From a phage: DNA of 64,000 nucleotides. The position numbers and the translations under genes are program-made. Below the pieces are notes generated by a model that worked only from the letters and a program-made list of their open reading frames with translations, had not been told where the DNA came from and did not search any database. Shown here in pieces: positions 32,750 to 41,942 of this stretch (positions within the stretch are counted from its first letter, which is position 1; every line of letters starts with the position of its first letter). The stretch lies in sequence record PZ445521.1, one strand, 5' to 3'.

Positions 32750-33075
32750 TTAAACCATCCTTTAATACGTTGCCACAAAGTTTTCTGCTGAGCTTTGTTA
32801 ACGCCAATTGAGCGAATAACCGGTTGAGATTCCTGGAATTCTTTATAATCGGCAAGGTAAATTTCGTAAGCTGCATCTGTAAAGGAACTTATCGCTGCCA
32901 TGAAATTATTGCGAATACCTACTGGAGCATCTTTACTTTCACGAATAATCATGTATTTACCAGTCTTAATCTTTACAATAGTTCCAAGATAAGCTCCATG
33001 ATACCAGATGTCCCACCCCTCTTGAGTGGGTTCTGCGCAACGACGAAGTTCATTGACAATTTCTAACTTGTTCAT
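32746..33075 (-). CDS. hypothetical protein (arn-motA cluster)
   Basis: ORF track. Confidence 0.5.
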   Translation of the reverse strand: MNKLEIVNELRRCAEPTQEGWDIWYHGAYLGTIVKIKTGKYMIIRESKDAPVGIRNNFMAAISSFTDAAYEIYLADYKEFQESQPVIRSIGVNKAQQKTLWQRIKGWFK

Positions 33076-33085
33076 TATTTATTCC

Positions 33086-33721
33086 TCACAGTTCAGATGC
33101 TACAGTGATTACAGCTTCAATGTTTTCTGCCGAGCGTTTAATGTCAAGATACACATTACCGTTTTTAGCGATTTTACATGACATTCCGATGTCAGTAAAT
33201 TTCTGAATATGATGTTCCATCATTTTGTATCCAAAAATTCGCATATTTCCATTGTTGTTAATTTCAAAATTACGAATTCCGTGGGTGCGTTTTTCTAAAA
33301 TAGCGAGATAGTTACTGCGGTAAGTTTCAACCTTTTTAAGAACAAATCCATTTTCATCTAAAAGTTTTAACATGAGGTCTTTATCTTCTTCCATATCAGA
33401 AGTAATCTCGCGAGCTTTACGAGTTGCTCGTTTTTTCAGTAGTTCCGGAGCATTTTCCTGTGCGTATAAAGTTGCTGCGTTTGAAATAATATCTTGCGCT
33501 TCGCCTGTGATGATTAATCCATCACCTGATTTCTCTACCAGGCCTTTTTTGATCAATACCCCAATATTACTATTAACTACTGCGTTACCTAAATCTGGAT
33601 GCACCTCACGAACTTCTGCAGCTGTAATGAAATCTTTCTTAGCAATAGTAATTAAAATCGCAGCAGTTTTTTCATTCAGAACATCGTTAGAAGCTTTGAT
33701 GATGTAAGTTACTTTAGACAT
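33086..33721 (-). CDS. motA: MotA middle-transcription activator
   Basis: 211-aa ORF MSKVTYIIKASNDVLNEKTAAILITIAKKDFITAAEVREV... matches T4 MotA. Confidence 0.9.
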   Translation of the reverse strand: MSKVTYIIKASNDVLNEKTAAILITIAKKDFITAAEVREVHPDLGNAVVNSNIGVLIKKGLVEKSGDGLIITGEAQDIISNAATLYAQENAPELLKKRATRKAREITSDMEEDKDLMLKLLDENGFVLKKVETYRSNYLAILEKRTHGIRNFEINNNGNMRIFGYKMMEHHIQKFTDIGMSCKIAKNGNVYLDIKRSAENIEAVITVASEL

Positions 33722-33762
33722 TTTCTAATCTCCGTAATTCTGTATCAGTAGTTGATAGTTGT

Positions 33763-33792
33763 ATAGTACCACAGTATGCTTTGGTTGTAAAC
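33763..33792 (-). promoter_or_regulatory. T4-type early promoter upstream of motA
   Basis: Minus strand GTTTAC-N18-TACTAT; shares the gatagttgtatagtaccaca cassette core with 16026.. and 37408.. Confidence 0.55.
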
Positions 33793-33816
33793 CGTTTTGT
33801 GAAAAAAATTTTAAAA

Positions 33817-33843
33817 TAAAAAAGGGAGAGCCTCGGCTCTCCC
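33817..33843 (-). terminator. stem-loop terminator after small ORF downstream of gene 52
   Basis: gggagagcc-tc-ggctctccc hairpin with flanking A-run on plus strand. Confidence 0.55.
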
Positions 33844-33848
33844 TAAAA

Positions 33849-33998
33849 TTACTGCATGACTGTGATAACTGTCATGATAACACGTTGAATGCCGAACGCA
33901 AGAAGACCTCCTGCTACGGCTGGAACAACACCTACCCCCGCTAGTAAAATGCCGCCAGATACTAATGCTGCGCTTGTAATACCTATAAATGGACTCAT
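33849..33998 (-). CDS. small membrane protein (49 aa), not in ORF track
   Basis: ATGA overlap with gene 52 stop; RBS GAGGAAA; MSPFIGITSAALVSGGILLAGVGVVPAVAGGLLAFGIQRVIMTVITVMQ. Confidence 0.5.
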   Translation of the reverse strand: MSPFIGITSAALVSGGILLAGVGVVPAVAGGLLAFGIQRVIMTVITVMQ

Positions 33999-35323
33999 TT
34001 GATTTCCTCTAAATCTTTAGTGTATTCTGTAACTACATCAGTAGTTTTCCAATATTCGTTTTCTTCTTTCTTAGCTTTAGCTTCTTCAGCAAGTTTCTTT
34101 GCTTCGTCGGAAGTCATATGAAAAATATTCATTCCGACTAGTTTATCAACATAAGAAGAATACATATCAATTTTAGAAAGTTCTTCGGTCAGTTCTTTGC
34201 GAGTTTTACCCTGTACAACGATTTCACCTGAAATTACTTTCTTAATGAAATGTGCCTTGGCAAAGGCTAAACGAAATGCTGATTCAGTTTCTTTGATTTT
34301 GTTATCAATTCGTTTTTGGACATAAGTTTTACGAACTTCAACGAAGTCTTTGATTAAATCAACTACGTTATCGTAAACTTGTAGCTTTCCTTTCTCATTA
34401 ATAACGGTAATATTTTGGGAACGACGCTCAATCAACCCGAAGTCTTTCATAATTTTCGCGTGACGTTCTTCTTCGTTATCGCTCAAAGCGTATTCTTTGC
34501 GGAATTTAACTTTAAAGCCAAAACCATGCTCACCACAAGCATCATCCCATGTAATGAAGCCTTTATCTTCAAGTGGGTCTAAGATTTTACTCACATAAGT
34601 TTCACGATCATACTTATACGGAATCTCAGTGATGTGCATTTGAGTTCGTGAAGTAAACTTATATGTTCCACGAATTTCATATTGTCCATCAATTTCAACG
34701 ACTTCACCACGAAATTCTGGGAATTCTACCTTCGGTTTAGTTACTTTCTTTCCTTGAAGAGCTTGTAGTACAGCTTTCTTGACAGAAGAAACACTATGAG
34801 GAAGAATGTAAGTTGCATAACCAGTTGCAATACCGGAAACGCCATTAAGAAGAACAGTAGGAATAATAGGCAAATAGAAAGCAGGCGGAATGTGTTCTTT
34901 ATCTTGATGTACCGGAGCATACTCAGTATCTTTATATACACTATAGAAATTTTTACTTACACGAGCAAAAATATAACGACTTGCTGCTGCTTTTTGGACA
35001 GTACGAGAACCAAAGTTTCCTTGACCATCTAACAGAGGAAAGTTATTATTCCAAGTGTTAGCCATCAAAGCACCTGCGTCTTGCGCAGAGTTTTCACCAT
35101 GATGATATCCAAGGTCCGCTACACCACCTGCAATAGAAGCGAGTTTGTGAAACTTATCTTTATTTCCTCGTGCCAAATCAAGAGCTCGAGCAATAACAAA
35201 TCGTTGAACTGGCTTAAATCCATCAATCATATTTGGAATAGCACGATTTTCAACCGTGTACATAGCATAAGCCAATGCTTCATTATCAATGATACTTTTT
35301 AAATCGCGATTATTCAGTTGCAT
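33995..35323 (-). CDS. 52: gp52 DNA topoisomerase II medium subunit
   Basis: 442-aa ORF MQLNNRDLKSIIDNEALAYAMYTVENRAIPNMIDGFKPVQRF.. (GyrA-like). Confidence 0.9.
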   Translation of the reverse strand: MQLNNRDLKSIIDNEALAYAMYTVENRAIPNMIDGFKPVQRFVIARALDLARGNKDKFHKLASIAGGVADLGYHHGENSAQDAGALMANTWNNNFPLLDGQGNFGSRTVQKAAASRYIFARVSKNFYSVYKDTEYAPVHQDKEHIPPAFYLPIIPTVLLNGVSGIATGYATYILPHSVSSVKKAVLQALQGKKVTKPKVEFPEFRGEVVEIDGQYEIRGTYKFTSRTQMHITEIPYKYDRETYVSKILDPLEDKGFITWDDACGEHGFGFKVKFRKEYALSDNEEERHAKIMKDFGLIERRSQNITVINEKGKLQVYDNVVDLIKDFVEVRKTYVQKRIDNKIKETESAFRLAFAKAHFIKKVISGEIVVQGKTRKELTEELSKIDMYSSYVDKLVGMNIFHMTSDEAKKLAEEAKAKKEENEYWKTTDVVTEYTKDLEEIK

Positions 35324-35327
35324 AAAT

Positions 35328-35468
35328 TTACCATACTAGTGAATGTAGTGCCATAATAACATCAGAAATGAAAAGCACGACTTGAATTAATCCGAACATT
35401 ACTCCATAATATAGTGCTACTAATAAAGTAGCAAGGGCTAATGAATAGCCCAAGATTTTCTTAATCAT
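35328..35468 (-). CDS. small hydrophobic protein (46 aa), not in ORF track
   Basis: ATG overlapping ac stop; MIKKILGYSLALATLLVALYYGVMFGLIQVVLFISDVIMALHSLVW; stop 4 nt before gene 52 ATG. Confidence 0.5.
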   Translation of the reverse strand: MIKKILGYSLALATLLVALYYGVMFGLIQVVLFISDVIMALHSLVW

Positions 35469-35619
35469 TAGTAGATAACAACACAAATGTTAAATATGCA
35501 CACATACCCTGAGCTAAAGCTTGCGAAAACACACTGCTGGCATCAATACAGATAGTTAAAACACATGCTACTATCCAACAAATAAATGAAATAACTCCTA
35601 ATAATTTTGCAATATTCAT
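35461..35619 (-). CDS. ac: putative Ac (acridine sensitivity) membrane protein, 52 codons
   Basis: MNIAKLLGVISFICWIVACVLTICIDASSVFSQALAQGMCAYLTFVLLSTND; located between stp and 52 as in T4; RBS GAGGAAAA. Confidence 0.55.
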   Translation of the reverse strand: MNIAKLLGVISFICWIVACVLTICIDASSVFSQALAQGMCAYLTFVLLSTND

Positions 35620-35626
35620 ATTTTCC

Positions 35627-35707
35627 TCACTGGAGTCCGAAGACGCCTTTGGTTTTAAGATTGTTACGATAGAACTGCATCACGTGTTCGTTGTGGAAAT
35701 TACTCAT
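35627..35707 (-). CDS. stp: Stp peptide (26 aa), modulator of host EcoprrI restriction / PrrC anticodon nuclease
   Basis: [26 protein letters not shown] matches T4 Stp as recalled (one difference); ATG overlaps ndd stop. Confidence 0.75.
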   Translation of the reverse strand: MSNFHNEHVMQFYRNNLKTKGVFGLQ

Positions 35708-36165
35708 TAATATGCCTGTAAAACAAATTTAAAGTTATCAGCCAACATACGGTTCATTTCTTCAAGTGTTTGATACTCAGAATGATGATTACGAGTAAAC
35801 GCCAAAGCTAACTGACCTTTACCAAATCCCGTCGTCAGAGGTTTCATCTTAGAAGCAGGCAGATAAAACACTGTGTATGGAACATTGTTATTTGCAATAG
35901 TACGCGCAAGTTGAGACCGGCGTTGACGAATATGACTTAAAACCGCACTGAATCCTTGCTTAGAACGCTGATTACCTACATAAAATCGTGCTGACACACA
36001 TGGATTACTAAATGGACGACCATCTAATTTACTTACTAAAAAGTAAAATCCAGGTTTAGATAAAATGTCTTTATGCGGAGTTCCCAAAAACCATTCACCG
36101 CCCTTGATTGTGCCAATAACAGTAGCGCCTGCATTATTCAGATCAGTAACAGTCATGTATTTCAT
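35707..36165 (-). CDS. ndd: Ndd nucleoid disruption protein
   Basis: 152 codons from [26 protein letters not shown].. with GAGGAAA RBS; track ORF extends 16 codons upstream. Confidence 0.85.
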   Translation of the reverse strand: MKYMTVTDLNNAGATVIGTIKGGEWFLGTPHKDILSKPGFYFLVSKLDGRPFSNPCVSARFYVGNQRSKQGFSAVLSHIRQRRSQLARTIANNNVPYTVFYLPASKMKPLTTGFGKGQLALAFTRNHHSEYQTLEEMNRMLADNFKFVLQAY

Positions 36166-36225
36166 ATTAATTTCCTCTAAATTATTTTCTACTCCAAGGC
36201 CGCATGAATACACACGGCCATTAAA

Positions 36226-36441
36226 TTACTCGTCGCAGTCGACGCTCAATTCCCAGAATTCTTCTACGGTATAAGTTTCAGTATCATTTTCAATACAGAA
36301 ACGTTCATTACTGTTATTTGCTAAAGTAGCGTTAACTGTCATTTTCTCGCTAGTGCTCTTAAGAGGTGAAATACGAATTAACTGATCACCATTATCTAAA
36401 CAAAAAATTTCACCAACTTTTACATCTTTAAAGCTTTTCAT
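36226..36441 (-). CDS. hypothetical protein (ndd-denB cluster)
   Basis: ORF track. Confidence 0.5.
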   Translation of the reverse strand: MKSFKDVKVGEIFCLDNGDQLIRISPLKSTSEKMTVNATLANNSNERFCIENDTETYTVEEFWELSVDCDE

Positions 36442-36449
36442 AATTCACC

Positions 36450-36560
36450 TCAAGGAGTATAAAATCCAAATGCAGTTGTTGACCATCCCATCCAATATGG
36501 GAAATTTGCACCAATGTAAAACATAAGAATATAAAACCAACCGCTCAGCAAATTCATCAT
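36450..36560 (-). CDS. tiny membrane protein (36 aa), not in ORF track
   Basis: MMNLLSGWFYILMFYIGANFPYWMGWSTTAFGFYTP; ATGA-type overlap upstream. Confidence 0.4.
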   Translation of the reverse strand: MMNLLSGWFYILMFYIGANFPYWMGWSTTAFGFYTP

Positions 36561-36754
36561 TTTACACCGTTCCAAATTGTTTCAACCACAGATTTTAAAC
36601 CATTTTGATGAATATCCATTCCGACTACTGCCATCAAATAGATTCCAACTACAACTGAACCTAAGGCAAAAATCAGCATGAAAATGAATAAAGCCGGAAA
36701 AATATTATCGAAAAACCATTCAATAAATGTAAAAGCACTGCGTTTACGCTTCAT
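36557..36754 (-). CDS. small membrane protein (65 aa); start trimmed to ATG with GAGGAAAA RBS
   Basis: ORF track 36557..36775; internal Met at 36754 has good RBS and avoids overlap. Confidence 0.5.
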   Translation of the reverse strand: MKRKRSAFTFIEWFFDNIFPALFIFMLIFALGSVVVGIYLMAVVGMDIHQNGLKSVVETIWNGVK

Positions 36755-36761
36755 ATTTTCC

Positions 36762-36875
36762 TCACATAAATCCAAAGTAAACGTTTAATACATCAATCAT
36801 TAAAACGATTGGGAATATACTCAAAACTATTAGTATTATAACTACATTCCATATAGCTTTAACAATCTTTTTCAT
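36762..36875 (-). CDS. tiny membrane protein (37 aa)
   Basis: MKKIVKAIWNVVIILIVLSIFPIVLMIDVLNVYFGFM with GGAGG RBS; track ORF 36762..37010 extends through upstream promoter. Confidence 0.5.
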   Translation of the reverse strand: MKKIVKAIWNVVIILIVLSIFPIVLMIDVLNVYFGFM

Positions 36876-36940
36876 TTTCTGTTCCTCCGTAGTTGATAGG
36901 GTAATAGTACCACGGAAGAACAGTCTTGTAAACAACTTTT

Positions 36941-37039
36941 TTAAAAATATTCGTAATAAATGTGAATACCAATCACTACTGCCGAAACTTGTGCAACCAA
37001 CCATGCACACGCAATAAGTACAGAATTCAAAATTTTCAT
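36941..37039 (-). CDS. tiny membrane protein (32 aa), not in ORF track
   Basis: MKILNSVLIACAWLVAQVSAVVIGIHIYYEYF; ATGA overlap with next ORF. Confidence 0.4.
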   Translation of the reverse strand: MKILNSVLIACAWLVAQVSAVVIGIHIYYEYF

Positions 37040-37122
37040 AATAACCTCATCACAAAAGTAAATGTTAAACAAATTACTGGAATACTAATTAACCAAACAA
37101 AACACCACCATAATGAACTCAT
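37036..37122 (-). CDS. tiny membrane protein (28 aa), not in ORF track
   Basis: MSSLWWCFVWLISIPVICLTFTFVMRLL; ATGA overlap with upstream ORF stop. Confidence 0.4.
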   Translation of the reverse strand: MSSLWWCFVWLISIPVICLTFTFVMRLL

Positions 37123-37382
37123 AGTTCAATCTCAGCGATTTTCATTTCACTACTATTAATAGCCGCTTTAAGACTATCTGAAAGAATTACATTCCAGTGG
37201 TCATTCATATGACCATTAACTAAGCGTGTAATTTCTTCAGGAGTTGAAAAATAAGGCTGATCAGACTCCCAATGCGATAATCCTAAGCGAGTATAAATCA
37301 TGCCTTCATCATCGCTAGAATATTCAACTGACACAAACTCATCAGTTATTTTATGTTTAGCGTAATAAAATTTAAATTTCAT
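37119..37382 (-). CDS. hypothetical protein (87 aa); start trimmed to ATG after GGAG RBS
   Basis: Track ORF 37119..37484 reads through the promoter cassette; internal Met MKFKFYYAKHK has ggagaataaaATG context. Confidence 0.5.
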   Translation of the reverse strand: MKFKFYYAKHKITDEFVSVEYSSDDEGMIYTRLGLSHWESDQPYFSTPEEITRLVNGHMNDHWNVILSDSLKAAINSSEMKIAEIEL

Positions 37383-37416
37383 TTTATTCTCCAAATCCGT
37401 ATCAGTTGATAGTTGT

Positions 37417-37446
37417 ATAGTACCACGGTCCTTGTGGTATGTAAAC
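37417..37446 (-). promoter_or_regulatory. T4-type early promoter (GTTTAC-N18-TACTAT)
   Basis: Cassette 37408..37458 is about 50/51 identical to 16026..16076. Confidence 0.6.
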
Positions 37447-37465
37447 TGTTTTGTGAAATTTTTTT

Positions 37466-38023
37466 TTAAATGGAAAGATACCATCCGTTGTAGTTGCTTT
37501 TTCTTACAACCTTACGAAGGTCTTCTCTGTCACCGATGAACTTCGGAGTGTACTGGATGACACCTGGATGAATTTCTTTAGTGTTGAATATAATTATACA
37601 GTCAGCGACTTGATGATTTAGAATGGGCCCTAGATTTATTCCAGAACCGTATGGATACTCTCCGCTGCATCCTGTTGTTACAGAAATCCAACGTGAGTCA
37701 GTTTGGTGTGTCTTAACTTCTACACGAAGCCCGCAGTATCTTGGATGCGCCAATACATCCCATGCGTATGTATACGGGTCATTAACATCCTCTTGGCCTT
37801 TATTGACATATCCGCTTAGCCAATCTGCTACAAAAAATTCTGCGTACACAGCGATACGACATCTTTCAATAACTTCTGCTTTATCCTGGTTCGGGTTTTG
37901 TTTTAAAGAGTATCTTGCTGTATCAGCAATTTTGACCTTCATTTCACTAGTCAAGTCACTGTTCGATAGGGTAAATGTCGGAATCTGAAATAGTCTCTGT
38001 AAACCCGGATTCGTTTTCTGCAT
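37466..38023 (-). CDS. denB: endonuclease IV
   Basis: 185-aa ORF located beside rIIB as in T4. Confidence 0.8.
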   Translation of the reverse strand: MQKTNPGLQRLFQIPTFTLSNSDLTSEMKVKIADTARYSLKQNPNQDKAEVIERCRIAVYAEFFVADWLSGYVNKGQEDVNDPYTYAWDVLAHPRYCGLRVEVKTHQTDSRWISVTTGCSGEYPYGSGINLGPILNHQVADCIIIFNTKEIHPGVIQYTPKFIGDREDLRKVVRKSNYNGWYLSI

Positions 38024-38285
38024 TTAGACTTTCCTTTTTACCGCTGAGATAAGCGTTATATACTTTAAGAGTGCCATAATAAATTCGGTCATTTTCATCT
38101 AAAGACTCGCGGTCAAGTTCATCGAGCTCCTTTTTATCCATGACTATAACATCATTACAGTAAAGAAACCCAAGTTTTTCGTGACCAAACTCAAATTTAT
38201 TACAGTACACAATATTAGCGTGATGATTTCCGTGCAGTTTAATCTCTTTTATGTCGGAATCACCGATATTCATACAATAAATCAT
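37956..38285 (-). CDS. hypothetical protein overlapping denB 5' end
   Basis: ORF track 109 aa; 68-nt out-of-frame overlap with denB start. Confidence 0.4.
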   Translation of the reverse strand: MIYCMNIGDSDIKEIKLHGNHHANIVYCNKFEFGHEKLGFLYCNDVIVMDKKELDELDRESLDENDRIYYGTLKVYNAYLSGKKESLNAENESGFTETISDSDIYPIEQ

Positions 38286-38304
38286 AATTTTTCCTTAAAA
38301 CAAA

Positions 38305-38318
38305 AGGGCCGAAGCCCT
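38305..38318 (-). promoter_or_regulatory. C(UUCG)G intercistronic stem-loop
   Basis: agggc-cgaa-gccct (UUCG loop on minus transcript) between stop of 38324..38518 ORF and RBS of next gene. Confidence 0.55.
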
Positions 38319-38323
38319 TTATT

Positions 38324-38518
38324 TTACTTGAATTGTGCAATTCTTTTCTCTAGACATTCAGCATAAGATTTCATTGAGATGAACTGTGAAAGCAGCAGTT
38401 CTTGCTCAACTGCACTAACTGTTAGAAACTTTGCGCTTTCTAAAAATTTACTCAGTGCATTAATTTTGAGCATTAATTGATCGTATTCTTCTTTTACTCG
38501 TGCTTGATAACCTAACAT
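38324..38518 (-). CDS. hypothetical coiled-coil-like small protein
   Basis: ORF track; flanked by two identical stem-loops. Confidence 0.5.
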   Translation of the reverse strand: MLGYQARVKEEYDQLMLKINALSKFLESAKFLTVSAVEQELLLSQFISMKSYAECLEKRIAQFK

Positions 38519-38533
38519 AATTTTCCTTAGTTA

Positions 38534-38547
38534 AGGGCCGAAGCCCT
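38534..38547 (-). promoter_or_regulatory. C(UUCG)G intercistronic stem-loop after rIIB
   Basis: Second copy of agggccgaagccct immediately 3' of rIIB stop. Confidence 0.55.
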
Positions 38548-39485
38548 TATTTAAATTGTTCAGTAACGTCTTCAACTACTTCGTATTGGCAGGTACGCAT
38601 TTTAGCATCGTTGTAATCAATCGGAATTGATACTACATCACGCGGATGTACTTTAACTTTTACGACTCGGCTGGTTGAACTGCCAAAGTGACGAATATAA
38701 GATTTAGAACACACATGCAGACCACGAGAACAAGTTTGTGTATCATCGTCATTCACACGAGTACGTGGCATTTTAACTACTTTACCCGGACTGTTATCAA
38801 AGGTGTTTGAGTGACAGTCAAAGTAATTGCTGCGAACTACTTTCCAAGCATAGAAGTAACCATCTTCTGTAATTTCAATATCGTTTGCTACCAAGAAATC
38901 AAAGAGTCGAGATACCGCTTTTTGGCTTGGGTTTTCCAGCAGATTTTCCAAGAACGGAAAATAAAATTCAAAGTTTTCGCCTTTTTCCATCGAATCAAGA
39001 ATACGATCAACTAAACCAGACCGCAATTCAATATTTTGATAGAACAAGCTTCCACCTTCAATTCGAACATCGCCGGAAATATATTTTTCAACAGCGCGAC
39101 GAACATTAATTTTTTGTGCAGCTTCTTCCAGCCTATCCGCTACAAGCAGATTAAGAATTTCCTGGAAGTTTGAATGAGTATTAGGAGTTGCGTTATAAGT
39201 TACACCGTCAACAGTAATTGAAATGAATTTTTTAGATGCATTCCAAATAATGTCAGATTTAGCAACTGGAGCAATAACTGCATCGCTATTAACTTTAACT
39301 GTAATATCACCGCTAATAGTAACTTTAGAGCGTTTAGCTTCTTCAGCATTTTTCAAAACACGACGGATTGTGTCAACCGATACATCCTTCCAATAAGCTA
39401 ATTCCTGTTGGGTATAATTACCACTTGAATACAGTTTAACAATTTCAGCTTGTTCGTTTTTGGTCAGGCATTTAATATTGTACAT
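38547..39485 (-). CDS. rIIB: rIIB membrane-associated protein
   Basis: 312-aa ORF MYNIKCLTKNEQAEIVKLYSSGNYTQQELAYW.. Confidence 0.9.
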   Translation of the reverse strand: MYNIKCLTKNEQAEIVKLYSSGNYTQQELAYWKDVSVDTIRRVLKNAEEAKRSKVTISGDITVKVNSDAVIAPVAKSDIIWNASKKFISITVDGVTYNATPNTHSNFQEILNLLVADRLEEAAQKINVRRAVEKYISGDVRIEGGSLFYQNIELRSGLVDRILDSMEKGENFEFYFPFLENLLENPSQKAVSRLFDFLVANDIEITEDGYFYAWKVVRSNYFDCHSNTFDNSPGKVVKMPRTRVNDDDTQTCSRGLHVCSKSYIRHFGSSTSRVVKVKVHPRDVVSIPIDYNDAKMRTCQYEVVEDVTEQFK

Positions 39486-39496
39486 AATTTTCCTTA

Positions 39497-41674
39497 TTAG
39501 GCCGCAAGGGCCTTCATAGTTTTAGCGATTTGGGAAACTTCATCATCACTTAAAGAGTTGCGATAACCGATGAAGTCGGAAACAATACGGAATTTCTTGG
39601 TAAACTCAGCAACCATTTTATCACTATTTTTTGAAGCATTACGTGATAATTCATCAAAAAGATTAGTTACCGTCCAGATGTCATGACCGATGGTATCTTT
39701 TCCACCATTAAAATATACACCGCGCAATGAACTAACTATATTAGCGAGTCGTGTATATTCTTCAGAAACTTCATCTGTACTGAAGTACTTCATCATAAAA
39801 TCTAGTTCAGGATGCTTGATAATTTTATCAATATATCGTTGAGCTGAACTTGAATAACCTACATACTTATCATAATCTACATCATCAAAAGCATCTACAT
39901 ATAAATCACGCAAAGCTTCAAAAATACATTGGCACTGACCAAGCTCTTTTACCTTTTTCTGCAAAAGCGGACGAATAACATAAAATTCATTAATGCCAAT
40001 AAGATTAGCCATACGAATCAAAATATTCATAGATGGATGACAAAGCGATGTAGTACCATCCATAGAGAAAATATCAGAACGATGCATATACGCTACATAA
40101 CCAGTAATTTCATCTGCTTCTGACGTAAGTGTAAATAGTTCCTCTTTTTCCCAGCGCCCGTCTTTAATTTCAAACTTAAATGCTGTAGCAGCTTTAGGAC
40201 GAGGAGCTTTACTTTTAACTACCTTTGGAATATAACTTTTTACTAAAGCTTCAATTTCTGACAAATAGTGAATGTTAACTTCATCACTTTCAAACATCGC
40301 CATAATATCAGGGAGTAAATCAATCTGCGATTCTACTTCCGGATTAATAAACAGAAGACGCTCATTGTGATGAATATTTAAAGTGTTATTAAATTCACTA
40401 TCATCTAACGCATGTGCTAATCCACGGACAATATTAACACGATTTTTAATATTATCAATAACGATATTAATTTTTGTTGTATTAATACCAAACAGACGAT
40501 AACTTGATGCAACGGCTGAAGTTTCATGACTTTGCTTAATACGCTTCAGTCGAGGGTCAAGATTTACTTCATACACAACCCCTGCATTGCATAGCTTACT
40601 GTCAGGTTCAAACATGCTCTGCATTTTCTTATATGACAGATTTTTAGTCGTGAATTTGACTGAATTACTAATCATATAATCTCGAGCAGAATACCCCATC
40701 TTCATCAATTCACGATATGTATGACGAGGAGATGTAGATTCTTTAAATCGTTTTACATCTTCATTAAATGCTTTCTCACTGAGTTCTTTAACTCGTTCAA
40801 TAATATTTTTACGAGTACGATCATCAAGTGAAAGAGCCTCACGAGATGGAGCAATATCCAGTGAACCCATTGGAAACTTAATGTAATTCACTTCATTGCG
40901 AATGCTTAGCCAGTTACGGTCTCTAATAACACCATCGATAGGATAAACGATACCGCCGTAGATAGCATATAATCCACCACGATCTGGCCAGTATCTTTCT
41001 GGATTTACACCGTAATAATCATCAAAATCCGGAAAATAATCAATTTCGCGGTCAAGACCATTAATGATAGCCAAATCTTTGAATGGTCGCATGATATAAG
41101 AAACTTCATAAGCAAAGTTTCTAAAGTCTTTTTCTTCAACTGGAACTACGATTTCAATACCAGTTTTATCATCTGGACCCATTTCTTTTACGAATGTAGG
41201 TTTAATTTGTGGACCATCGCCATCCATGTAAGCTACATAACCACGAATTTCACCTTTATGATACGAAGTAATACTAAATGTATCAGTATAACTAAACGGA
41301 GATTTAGAACCTAAACCAAATCCGCCAATGAAATCGTTAGATTCAGCCTTAGATGAACTGAAGTATGAATTATACAAACCAGGAGAATTATCATCACCTT
41401 GAATATCAAAATCACTCATACCCGGACCAAAATCTCGACAAACAAATCGTGGGTCTAAACGTCCAGGAACTTGTATGATAAATTTTTCAGGATTTCCATT
41501 AAGTGCATGGGCATCAATCATGTTAGTAATCAATTCACGGACTACTGCGCGAATCTTGTTTGTATACAAATCAGATGACAGAATTTTAAATACTTTAGGA
41601 TTTGCTGCGATGCTAAATGCTTTTGATTTAGAACCATTACCAAGAATTGTTTCTTTTTCAGTGGTGATAATCAT
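39497..41674 (-). CDS. rIIA: rIIA protein (GHKL ATPase-like)
   Basis: 725-aa ORF. Confidence 0.9.
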   Translation of the reverse strand: MIITTEKETILGNGSKSKAFSIAANPKVFKILSSDLYTNKIRAVVRELITNMIDAHALNGNPEKFIIQVPGRLDPRFVCRDFGPGMSDFDIQGDDNSPGLYNSYFSSSKAESNDFIGGFGLGSKSPFSYTDTFSITSYHKGEIRGYVAYMDGDGPQIKPTFVKEMGPDDKTGIEIVVPVEEKDFRNFAYEVSYIMRPFKDLAIINGLDREIDYFPDFDDYYGVNPERYWPDRGGLYAIYGGIVYPIDGVIRDRNWLSIRNEVNYIKFPMGSLDIAPSREALSLDDRTRKNIIERVKELSEKAFNEDVKRFKESTSPRHTYRELMKMGYSARDYMISNSVKFTTKNLSYKKMQSMFEPDSKLCNAGVVYEVNLDPRLKRIKQSHETSAVASSYRLFGINTTKINIVIDNIKNRVNIVRGLAHALDDSEFNNTLNIHHNERLLFINPEVESQIDLLPDIMAMFESDEVNIHYLSEIEALVKSYIPKVVKSKAPRPKAATAFKFEIKDGRWEKEELFTLTSEADEITGYVAYMHRSDIFSMDGTTSLCHPSMNILIRMANLIGINEFYVIRPLLQKKVKELGQCQCIFEALRDLYVDAFDDVDYDKYVGYSSSAQRYIDKIIKHPELDFMMKYFSTDEVSEEYTRLANIVSSLRGVYFNGGKDTIGHDIWTVTNLFDELSRNASKNSDKMVAEFTKKFRIVSDFIGYRNSLSDDEVSQIAKTMKALAA

Positions 41675-41684
41675 AATTTCCTCA

Positions 41685-41888
41685 TTAATTCATATTACGC
41701 TTAATAACTTCAGCAACTTCTAGTAGTTCATCTTTAGTTGCAGTGTCGGATTGAATTTTATCTCTAATATCTTTAAAGCGGTTTTTAAATTCTTCGGCTT
41801 CTCCCATATCGAAAAAGCGTTGAATGATTCTATATTCTCGATGAACTGCTTTATCAAAAAGTTCTAAATTTACTTTATATGATTTCAT
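41685..41888 (-). CDS. hypothetical protein (rIIA.1 position)
   Basis: ORF track; early promoter-like GTTTAC..TGGTATAAT just upstream at about 41895..41930. Confidence 0.55.
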   Translation of the reverse strand: MKSYKVNLELFDKAVHREYRIIQRFFDMGEAEEFKNRFKDIRDKIQSDTATKDELLEVAEVIKRNMN

Positions 41889-41942
41889 TTCAATATCCTC
41901 ATTTGCCCAATTAATTATACCACATCCTTGTGGTAAAGTAAA

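Noticed and set aside
35461-35619. Apparent frameshifts in the ac and downstream small ORF
   Set aside because: Came from mis-joining sequence lines; on re-reading, both reading frames are intact
36962-37159. Plus-strand 65-aa ORF
   Set aside because: Region is better explained by two minus-strand tiny membrane ORFs with ATGA overlaps
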